Assembly: GCA_019828565.1 (NCBI GenBank)
Contig: JAHDYR010000035.1
Span: forward strand, 78,572 to 142,571
Length of the DNA stretch: 64,000 nucleotides
Direction of reading: 5' to 3'
Origin: Carpediemonas membranifera BICM
Lineage: Eukaryota; Protista; Fornicata
Shown here: positions 33,101-43,319 of the stretch, in pieces
How the letters are laid out: each line of letters starts with the position of its first letter
How positions within the stretch are numbered: position 1 is the stretch's first letter
Translations under genes and position numbers: made by a program
Notes under the pieces: model-generated
Databases searched by the model: none
Told to the model about the DNA's origin: nothing
Seen by the model: the letters and a program-made list of their open reading frames with translations, nothing else

Positions 33101-34234
33101 GAGTGACCTCAGCAAGTCACACCCGATGAGAGCCTTGAAGAACTCACCGGGGAGTACGTAGTACTTCCATGTAACCTCCAACGGTGTGACACCTAGTGCT
33201 GGGAATGCTGCCTTAAATGTGACTGCTTGATCTGTCACGAGGGAGCGTCCGTCTCCTAGCGTGACCTTGATCTTTTCCTCGAGAGAGGTCTGCACTGTGT
33301 CCTTGGGTAGGGTACGTAGTGCCTTCGAACTAATGAAGCTTCGGCTTGCACCAGTGTCTACAACGAACGAGTAAGTTTTGCCTTTTACAGTAGCGGGGGT
33401 CGTCAGTGGACCCTTCCCGCCCTTCTCGTTAGTCGACGCGCTGTCGGCGTTGTTGTTCTCGCTGTAGCGGGGGTGCTTATCGCATCTGAAGTCCATGTGG
33501 GGACCGCCACAGAAACGACAGGGGCGCGACGGCTTCTTGGGTCCGTCGGCCGGCGGGCGCTTGGCCGCGTCCGGGCGGTACTGGGCCTTCCTGGCCTGGG
33601 CCGGGGCCTTGGGTCCGCCGGCCGGGGTTTGCGAGAGGGGTTGATCATGGTCATACGCCCTAGCAGCCCTAAGAGCCACCGCTACGGTGTCCTCGAAGGT
33701 CTTGACGTTGTGGAGAGCAAGCAAGGTCTGTGCCTTCTTGCGGAATGCTGTCGGGTTCAGGGACTCCCTGAAGAGCCGTGCAGCCAGCTTATCAAAGCTT
33801 GCGAGCAGTTCGTCGGCATTGGGGTTGTCGTCGATGGGTTCCAAGAACCCTTCTGGGTCTGGCGTCTTGGAGTAGAGCTCGATGCGCTTGCGGAATGCTG
33901 CCGCTTGTAGTCTCGTGCCAGCTTCGAAGTTGCGTGCGGTGCTCGGCACCATGGGGAAACGAAGGTCTTGGAGCTCTTCGACGAGTGCTAAGATGGAGTG
34001 GGGAAGGAGCCGCTGGCGACACCATTCGGTGAAGTTCTTGTGAGTGTAGTTCTTGTCGGATGTGTCTATGCCTTCGGCCTTGAGTTCGAGGGCAAATGAC
34101 TCCTCAATGAGGACGGACAGTGGGATGCTTGGGTTTTGTATAGTAAAAATCGTTGCTCGGCGCTCAAACTCCTCAAGAGTCTCTAGTGTTAGATTTGAAG
34201 GAGAAAGCTCAGGAATTTGAACAGTTAACGACAT
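30119..34234 (-). CDS. Gypsy gag-pol polyprotein (Gag CCHC, protease, RT, RNase H, integrase, chromodomain) with about 3 frameshifts
   Basis: CRFCGGPHMDFRC; VVDTGAS; LCIDYKELN, YLDD; ETDAS, DMLSR; IN VAVDT/LSDGG/VERRN; GPWKV; chromo WEVERVV...IKWVGF. ORF pieces 31472-34240, 30910-31770, 30501-31250, 30119-30682. Confidence 0.95.
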
Positions 34235-34255
34235 CAGCACAGCTAATACTAGTAT

Positions 34256-34337
34256 TGTCGGTTGAAATCATTTACAGTAAACCGCAGCGGGGTAAAAGTG
34301 GTCAAAACTGGACGGAGCAGTTTATAGACCGGTGACA
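34256..34337 (-). repeat. 5' LTR (82 bp)
   Basis: Identical to 29979-30060; contains CTATAAA near its 5' end on the minus strand. Confidence 0.97.
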
Positions 34338-35243
34338 ACCTACGCCCTCGCCGAGGACTTCTGGCCAATCGTAGCAGAAGCAGCTACGGCCTCGACGACA
34401 GCAGCACACGGCCCCGCGGCACCTGTCAGGCTCAAGTGGATCAATGCAGTCCTCACCCGGACACCCGAGGACCTCATGTGCCACCAGTGGCGGCAGATAA
34501 TGACATTCGCGCTGACGTGTTATGCCTCCGTGTCGCGCCCTGGTGAGGTCCTGGCCCTATCACGCAGGGACATCATCGAGACCCCCGACGGCATCGTCAT
34601 CACCATCCGGCGGACTAAGACCGGCATGACCAACGTCCGAAAGATGATTCCTCTCGCGCAGGGCGACCCCTGTCGCCAGCGACCTGGCTACATGACCACC
34701 TGGCCGCCATAGGGGACGTTGATGTACTTGAGCCTATCTGGCGGACGACGGACCAGTACGGCAACCTCGCTCCCGGTCACCGCCCGGTGGCATTCTCCGA
34801 GCTGGCGGACAGCTTCAAAAGCCAGTTCGGACATGGCGCAAGGCTCCACGGCCTTTGTCGAGGTGCAGCAGCGGACATGATCTTGGCGGGCGTCCCAGTA
34901 GTCGTAGTGATGGCAAAGGGAACATGGAAGGATTCTAACTCACTATTGAGGTATATTGAGGACACTATTCGGTTAGATAGAGTAACATCAAGGGTTTGCT
35001 TCACGCATCCCTCTGTTCGTGAGCTGTGAGAGGCTGAACAGATCTAAATGAGAGAGAAAAATGCGAATCCGCGCGAGGATTATGTTATAGGAGAAAATGA
35101 GTAGCAAGGTAACTAGCTAGGGCTCCACATCGCCACCATATGGGTCATCGGCAGTTTTGGTGACATAAACTGCACCCCAGAGAAAGAGGGAAGAGTGTGG
35201 TTGGACGACCGGGACAGGCCCCATGGAGTGGTCAGACAGGTAA

Positions 35244-35846
35244 GTGTATCACTGTCTGCCTTCAGACTGCGAACCGCTGGAGGCTGCGGCTAGGTCAGCC
35301 GGGGCACACGCGACCCCGCCCCTCACTCAGGCAATTGCCTTTGGCCTGGTGACGTTTGCGACAGTGTCGCGAGCAGGCGAGATCAGGGCACTCAAGACAG
35401 AGGATGAGAGGCACGGCGGAGCAGACGGCGCGCTGGAGATTACGATACGACACACAAAGACAAGGGATGAAGCGACGCTGAAGTTGGTTCCCTCAGCCGA
35501 CGACCAGCTGCGGTCACCAGCCTGGTGGCTCGCCAAGCACATGAGTAACCTACCAGATGAAGGCCCCTTGTGGCGTTCGTACACCCATAGCCAGGCAACA
35601 CTACGAGAGAGCCGGTCTGCGTTGAAGGGGGCACTGGAGCCGTGGGCGCGATTCGAAATGATGATGGACCTCGAGGAAGTATTCAAGGCCACCGGGTATT
35701 CCTTCCGCCGCGGCGCCACAGTACATCTGGTTGAATCTGGAACTCCAATGGAAGTGATGCAAGCCTTGGGGGGATGGCGGGCGCAAGACTCAGTACAAAC
35801 GTACATCAGTGAAGCAATACGACTGTCCAGAAGCGCATGGAGCTGA
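35244..35846 (+). CDS. Tyrosine recombinase catalytic domain of a further DIRS-type element (N-terminus missing)
   Basis: SRAGEI, TKT, YSFRRGA, GGW, TY. Confidence 0.88.
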   Translation: MYHCLPSDCEPLEAAARSAGAHATPPLTQAIAFGLVTFATVSRAGEIRALKTEDERHGGADGALEITIRHTKTRDEATLKLVPSADDQLRSPAWWLAKHMSNLPDEGPLWRSYTHSQATLRESRSALKGALEPWARFEMMMDLEEVFKATGYSFRRGATVHLVESGTPMEVMQALGGWRAQDSVQTYISEAIRLSRSAWS

Positions 35847-36186
35847 GCTAACTGTAGATAGAAGATATAGAAGATAAGAAGAGCACAATGTGTACAAATG
35901 AGTGTTAAACATAAGAACAGAAGCGAAGACAGAGACCAAAGAACCATTATGCCCAGTTGCAAAGTCAAGGTCATGTTGGAAAAACTAACGTCAGAAGAGG
36001 AGGGGCTGATGACCATATAGGGTCTATAGAACTCGGTAAGGGGAGTCTCAATTATATTTTGATTTTATGATGGCGGGATACATTAATTGGAGACTTCGAC
36101 TGTAGTCGACTAACAGTCGGCATATCATCGATATGTAAGCTATCACGCCTCGGGCGTGGCTCACGCCCTGACACTGCTGGGTCAGG

Positions 36187-38780
36187 GTGTGTCAGAACAG
36201 AAGGATTCCGGGGACACGAGAAAGATGGTCAAAATATTTTGAAAATCTCGAAAGACATGATTGTGGATACGGTCTTGATCCGTCCCGATCGCGAGCAGAT
36301 CGTATCCCTCCAGCAGAAACCGTGAGGATGGCCGAAGGCGACGCGGATAACGCTGATCCGCCGCCTGTCACCATGGAGAGCCTTGCTGAGCTCATACAAC
36401 AGCAGCAGAACGTCATTACGGCACTCCGTTCGGAGGTTTCATCGGTTAAGGACAGTACACGGGACCCGAGACGCCCGTCTCGGATAGGAGCCGTTGCTAA
36501 GGAGTACGACCACCTCCGCGAGACACTTGCCGACATCAGAGGTATCCTCAACAACCCGGAGATGACGCACGTCACCCAGATCGAAGCCGCGATCGAGGCG
36601 GTCTTCGAGCGCAGACTCGAGTTCCTACGGCTATATGACAGCCACTCCGACACCGCTGCGCGCTACTTCATGGCTATTTCGCGAGAAGAACGAGACCCGC
36701 AACGCTTCGTAGTGCTGGCCGCCAAGGCGGCCAAGACCACCCCACCGCCTCCTCGACCCAAGCGGTTCCAGAGAGGCTTCGGCGGCTTCAGCCGCAACTC
36801 TCCCCGCTTCAACAACAACAAACGTCGTGCCCCGGCAAGCGACCTCGGACCGGGGCGGGCCCAGTAGAGGCCAGAGAAGGGTTAAGCCTGAACCCGATGA
36901 CTATAAAAGGCTCGATATACTTCGAAGAGTTTGATTGCAATGGAAAGAGAAGAAGCACAAGAAGATCAGCAAGACACCTCCACCCCGTGTATACAGGGGC
37001 TGACGGGCTCGATGAGCCGTCGGTGGATGAGGTGGGAGGCCCTCGGGGCCAGCAGGGAGGTGGTGCAGCTGTTACGAGAGGGAGAAAGGTCACCCCGGCA
37101 GCACCGGCGCTCAATGCGCACCTCCAGAAGGAGACAGACACGATGAAGGCTCTACTAGAGGAGCTACTGCAACAGAAAGCAATAGAGAAGGGCGAGGCGA
37201 CGACAATATGCCCCCTGTTCACATTAGAGAAGAAGATCGCAGGCAGATACCGTCTGATACACGACCTGAGACCGGTCAATGCATACCAAGAGGACCTAAC
37301 ATTCAGGCTGAAGGGCCTAGCAGAGATACAGCATGGCGTTCCGAGAAACTCGTGGGGAATAACATTGGATATGAAGTCCGGGTACTACCAGCTCCTAGTG
37401 GAGGAGAACTCACGACAGGAACTCGGATTCTCGTTCGAGGGAGAACAATACAGATGGAGAGGACTCCCTTTTGGCCTTTCAACGGCGCCACGGCAGTTTC
37501 AGTCGGTTACGTCACAGATGGCGAAGATCTTGCGCTCACTTCTCGAAGGACTGATAATATACGTGTATCTGGACGATCTGCTCATAATCAGTCGCTCGAG
37601 AGAGTCGTTGAGCGCCCAGGTCCCACGGATCTTAGAGATCTTGGACTCACTTGGAGTCGTCCTATCGAGAGAGAAGTGCCACTTGACCCCGTCCCAGAGG
37701 GTAACTTACTTGGGCGTGATAGTCGACTTGCGCGAGATGACGATGTCGCTGCCAGAGGAGAAGAGGGCTCAGTACAGCAGACTCATAGCCAACCTGCAAC
37801 TCAAGAGACACACAAAGCGGGACCTTCAGACCCTTCACGGAAAGCTCCTCTTCTGCCGGTTCGCACTGGGGACGCGGGCACTTGTCCGGCTCAGAGAGCT
37901 GCAGGTCAGGATCGCTGGCTGCGACGGCCGAGTGCGGTACCCAAAGTCCAGCCTGCCCCAGGACCTACGAACGGGCCTGCGGTGGTGGGCCAGACAGCAA
38001 TCATCCGATCCGGCATGGTACTTCGGCCCAAGAGGCCAGGTACTTCGTATGGAGACCGACGCGTCGGACGATGCGTTCGGCGCGACGTTGTTTGTCGAAG
38101 ACACGTCCCTCAACATCCAGGGCAGGTTCTCAGAGGCACAATGCTCCAAGAGCATCAACGCGAAGGAGCTATGGGCAATGGAGGAAGGCCTGCGGAGATG
38201 GACGAGCGACATTCAGGAGAGGGACCTACTCCTGCCGGGGACAACACATCAGCGCTTTCATGGGTCCTGAAGTCAAGCACCAGAGCTCCCCGACACATCA
38301 GAAGGACGATTGTGGAGCTTCACGACTACTTGTTCGAGATTGGCTGCAGGATAAGAACCAAGCACATTCCAGGGAGATACAACACGACTGCCGACGGGCT
38401 GTCCAGGTACCGGAAGCTGGACTGGAACTCACCCGCGGCGATGCTCCAGAGCGCGCTGGAACGATGGGGGTCAGTAGACCGATCACTCTTCTGCGCGGAG
38501 AGATTCCTGCCGGAGGACCACGACTTCCAGACGGACGCATTTACACGCAATTGGTCAGAGATGAGGTCATTGGCGGTCCCACCAGTCAGCCTACTGGACA
38601 AGGTCATCGCCAGGGCGGAGGAGATCGCCACGTCAGACGAGACGCACCCCGCACTGCAGCAGAGAGGCCTATTAGTCATCGCACCACAGCGCAGGACGAA
38701 CTCCCCCGGCTCTCTTCCCCCCGGGCGCTCTCCCTGCCGCTCTCCTGCCGCTCTCCACCGCCGTTCTCCTCCCGGCGCTT
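36187..38780 (+). mobile_element. YR element 4: gag-like ORF (36187-36867) plus RT/RNase H/MT-like pol (about 36931-38780, frameshifted), truncated before the YR
   Basis: WEALGASREVV; RLIHDLRPVN, LDMKSGYYQ, LPFGL, VYLDD, ETDAS, AKEL; HIPGRYNTTADGLSR; DAFTRNW...AVPP. Confidence 0.9.
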
Positions 38781-38899
38781 GTTCCTTGGCCGCTCGCTCT
38801 CTATATTGAAGTTAAATGGTGTTTATTACTCCTATTGATGGTAATAAGGCCTCATCAGTGCTTCGCACGGCTAACAACTAACGCCACAAGCTGAAACTG

Positions 38900-39525
38900 A
38901 TGATTCACTACGTTAAACGAGAAAGTGAGAGAACCGTTTGTTGATATTGTTATATAGGCTGTATTTGCGCACCAAACGCTCCTGTTACTGTCTTAATTGC
39001 CGATATCGTAGTGGCAAATTGGCCACTATTTCGCAGAATAATGCAACACTTCTCTATGCTGACCACAGAGCTCGATACCTCACCGGCGGAAGCTTTTATG
39101 GCGTATTACACGCTTAACTCACTTCAGACTGAAAGGATTTATTCGTCCTCGCTTCAGTCACTGAAGTCCTGCACCTTTGTGAGAGTCTGCTGCTGGGCAT
39201 CACGTCAATTGAAGAGTTAGATTTAGCCTTTTTTGCGCTGGCGAAGAGGGATGCTTCGCTTAGAGACAGGGGCGACAACATGATTCAATTCACTGACACT
39301 CAACTAGACTATGCCATCGAGAAGGTCACATTGCCGGATGGGCAGAACGGCTCAACCTGTCGCGTGAAGTGGATAGGCTACCATCACCCAACAACATGTC
39401 CGGCCACAGAGGAGCTGAAACGTTTTGCAAGAGAGGTGGAAGAAACGGCAGGTCCTGCGCGTGCTCACAAGCGTGCCACCAAAAACTACTTCACAGGTAC
39501 TCCGAGAACATTGGCTGAACTGTAA
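38900..39525 (+). pseudogene. Degenerate Gypsy integrase/chromodomain remnant
   Basis: YAIEKV...RVKWIGY...EELKRFARE resembles the chromodomain end of ORF 30119-30682; upstream NWP...Q...TSPAEAF resembles an integrase C-terminal region. Confidence 0.55.
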
Positions 39526-39789
39526 ATCGTTTAAACAATTACGTACAGCTTTCATGACTTTCATGACTCCGCCGCGGCGGGGCTCTCACGACCACGCCCC
39601 TGCCGGCACTATGATCGTTAACAAGGCCGCTGTCGAGAGCGACGATGAGTTCTTCCTCTTCTCATGGGCCGCGCCCTCTTCACCAACAAGGCCGTCCACT
39701 ATCACTGCTCGGGAACACCCTTCCCCCAGCATTACCCTTCAGGACGGTGTTAATCATAACAACATATTGGATCATGTAGTTTTATTTAC

Positions 39790-40457
39790 AGCTTCAGTCA
39801 TTCCATCTATCGTCAGGTGTATCCAGATCGGACAGAGAGATGGGTCTTTTCAGACTCTGCATCCCCGCTTCGTGCAGGATGCGGTTCGCGTGCCTGACTG
39901 TCATGGGGGGACTACCCCAGAGCGAATCAAAGGTCCTTGGACATCCGGATAAGGGTCTCAAAGGCAGGGTGATCCACGGCAGCCTCTTGCATCAACTCCT
40001 GTAGCTCGGGTAGGTCCAAGTCACGTAGGTCTGCGACATACGATCCCAGCCGGCAGAGAGCAACGACCAGGGCGAGCTGGCGGTGTGACTCGGCAATGTC
40101 GTACTTCAGAGCTCTCGTGAGCTTGTCGTACTCCTCTTTAGTCAGCACCTGGCGTGCCGGAAGCGTGTGAGTCCTTATCCTGCAAATTAGGTCGGTTTCG
40201 GCACCAGCAGTGCGAAGAAGGCGAACGAGAGCCTTTTGAGGCATCGAGATGGACTTGTACCGTCCAAAACGGCGACAGAAGGACAGAGAGTCCAGAAACT
40301 GTTCGAATACGTCACTATTTTGTCGGATCTCTGTGCAAATAACAACATCAGCATCCTCGTCGTCGCATTCAAGGTAAACGCACAGTTTTTGATATGTCTG
40401 CTTGTATTGTTCCTTCGTAGAGCGCTTCAGTCCCTCTAGAGCGTGCTTCAGCAGCAT
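39790..40457 (-). pseudogene. Catalytically dead tyrosine-recombinase-like ORF
   Basis: STKEQYKQTYQKL...FEQFLDSL...VLTKEEYDKL...LCRLGSYVADLRDL; after a frame change PMTVRHANRILHEAG...ISLSDL (my translation). Integrase-like layout without the catalytic R or HxxR. Confidence 0.4.
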
Positions 40458-43319
40458 TTCGATCGAGATTAAAAATCACCTGAATTCTAGCTCTGTTCTG
40501 GCCGCTGCAGGCACCGCTGGGCGCAATAGAGCTCGGAGCGTCATTGTCTGCCAAAAAGACCTATTTGCTCCCGGTGAAAATTGAACCCACGATCAGGAGA
40601 CTGGGTAGCAAAGACTCTTCCCTCTATGCCATGACTTATGGGAAATCCGCCCTTATTAATCTCCCTGCAGGCAATATAGTCCATTTTGGAGGTATGAGCG
40701 ACTGGGAGGGGGAGTTTGGGGGACATTTACGGTATGACTGGAGTCTACTCGGGCAGACTATTATAACGAGGCTCAGATCAGACCTCTACGGCAGCTATAC
40801 GAGGAGAAACGAGCCACTCAGCGTGCTAGCGGCCCATGGCCGCAGCAGCGCCCAGCCAAGCTCAGCTATAGGGTCACCTGAGGCCCCAAATGACGTGCTG
40901 ATCAGGTCGACTCCCATCTATTGACTTGGTAATTGCAGTGGTCGTCTGAACGCGATGTCCTAATAACCGACTTGCTCGGAGCGGTTCGGCGATGACTCCG
41001 TTGTATTCCACGCCTTCTTCTGATGCCGAAACATGCAGTTCTTTAGAGTCAACGCGCGTCCTGTGTGGTCTCTTATGACAAAAGAACTTTAGTGGTCAAA
41101 GGGGATTCGACACCCCTGTGTCGAATCCCGGGATATAAATATCATATCTTCCTCCCAGGGGTCCCTATACTCCTTGGTAAGGGATACCGAACCGACACTT
41201 CCCCCCCCATGCCCGCATGGGCATCACTTGCGGGGCGTGCCGCCCGAAAATTCCGTGTCGCGTCACGACATCAGTACGAACGGCACTGCCTGTCATGGTT
41301 CTGGAAGCCGCCAATGCCAGTGAGAGCTGGTCATCCGGTACCGTTGCGGGGACGTTCTTACGTCTCTCGCCGGGGTCCGTAGCTCAACCCATGGGTTGGC
41401 CGGAGTGTGCCAGGGTATCTGATCCCTCTAGGGGGTCAACCCTGGGACACAGTCCGTCGCATGATGCCGCAGCAAAGCATGCCGGTAACAATCTGTGTAA
41501 CCTGGTCAAAGTACTTCCCTAAGGGCTCATCCCCACCGAGTGACTGTCAATCGAAACGGAATCAGGGTCGCCAAACCCCGTCATCTAGCTGGCTGGGCTA
41601 GCCGTGTTCAACGGTAGGTCGGCGGTTCTGCCAACGGGAAACAATGGTATTGAGCATGCTCTGTGTAAGACTTGGGTACGTACTAAGCTTCTAGCGCCCT
41701 TCTGGATCAAATCTGGAAATATATATCTCCTTTCATGTAAACCGTAAATCGATGAGCACAATGAATGCGAGAATCGAATACTGGGCAGTAAGTTCCCTTC
41801 ATTCTATCTAACACACAGTACGGTGCTCAAAAATGGCCTCTAGAGGCCTCAACGAGGCCTCAATCGCGAGTTCTGGCCTTTTTGAGTTTTCATTGGCCAT
41901 CGAGCAACCAATACAACTAACAACATCAGTACGAGGGAAAACAAGGCGTTTCGGGGCTGTTGTGGAGTAAATAGAAGTGTTTGGCGCTGCCATTTGGTCT
42001 CTAAATCGTTCGGTTCGATGAATTAGGCGAATCATGGCCAAAAACGGGGAAGTTTCGCTACCGGTCGAATTCGAGGCCGCAGGTGGCGGCCCCGGTCTCA
42101 GCCGCAGGCAAAGACCTAAAAATTCCAACCGACACACAATTGGCGCTCAATGAGCCAAATAGAGCATTTCTTCAACGTCCTTCTGCACTTTACACGGATA
42201 TCATTCACAAATTTGGCCTAGTTGGCGCCCTCACGTCCCTCAATGATCGATCTTCACCATTTTGTAAGTTCTTCGCGCCATACGGCGTAACCGCTGCTCG
42301 TCAAGCCAAAACACTACAACGTTACATTCCCCTTTATATTTCCACTCGTTCCTCCGTGATTCAGCGACCTCTGGTGAACTTCACCTCCCACTGTCGTTTC
42401 GCCGCCGACGCTTTTACGGCCGCCACATACGGCTTTCAGGCTTCGAAGGAGCGGAGGGAGTAGGCCTCGAGTCTGAGCCCGAGAGCCCCATCGCTGGCGA
42501 GCCTGAAAGCTTCGCCGATTACGTTGACATCTTATGGCGCCACTACCATAACTTCATAGATGGATCTGATGAACTCGTGTGGCGTCTGGGGGAGGGTACC
42601 CTGAACGAGGCAGGTAGCCACCCCGGAAACTTCCGGGCTGCCTGGCAGCTGTCGCGTGTGGCCACGACCCTTCGCACCTGGGCCAGTCGCGGACACATCG
42701 CACGAGACAACGACCGTCTGATCGCTAGTCGGTTCTTAAAAGCCTACCTCGGGCTCACCCGCCTTTGGGCTACCGCCCGCTGCCCCGACGGTTGGGGTAT
42801 ACCTCACACTACGCCTGACATCGTATGGCGCGCCGTGATGCAGGGCGCTCATCCGGCCCTGCACCGGCTCTTGGTCGGCGCCGAGGCCCACGGCCTCATG
42901 GTCGAATACGGCCAGGCCTTCGTGTCGGTAAGCCGACACGAGATCGAGAAGGCGTGGGTCAGGCACTCAGGGGCCCCGACCGTGGACGCCCGCTTGGACT
43001 GTGCTCTGGCTGGACTTGAACTCGAGTTTCCGGCTGATCTAGGCCTGTTCTACGGGGAGGACGTGACGTTGGAGACCCTGCTCACGCTCCAGCCCTCCGA
43101 TCCTGGGCGGCCAAACATCTGAGGCGGGTGGTGCCGTTGCCCTGGTCGACAGAGTTGTAGGTGTTGAGTCACCTTACGGCACCGGGGGCGAGGCCTCTAG
43201 TCAGGATACCTCGGCACCCACGCAACCGAGCTCGAGCTCGGACAGCAGCCCTGCTGCTGTCATCAGGGCCACCTTTGACGAGTGGGTCCCCGACGCCATG
43301 CGCGCCGACCACTGGACCA

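Larger units (their letters stand above)
29979..34337 (-). mobile_element. Complete Ty3/Gypsy chromodomain LTR retrotransposon (82-bp LTRs, 4-bp TSD ACCT)
   Basis: Identical TG...CA LTRs at 29979-30060 and 34256-34337; ACCT at 29975-29978 and 34338-34341; PPT AAAAAGGGAGGTAG (minus strand) abutting the 3' LTR. Confidence 0.97.
27226..35029 (+). mobile_element. YR element 3 (third DIRS family), interrupted in its YR by a Gypsy element
   Basis: gag 27226-27807; intact pol 27480-29765; YR N-terminus about 29740-29978, resuming at 34342-35029 (SRPGEV, TKT, HGLCRGA, GTW, RY). Confidence 0.92.

Noticed and set aside
36005-36035. Hammerhead ribozyme (CTGATGA...GAA)
   Set aside because: Stem II does not start after CTGATGA and the core reads GAAC rather than GAAA. 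The CTGATGA near 38897 fails in the same way.
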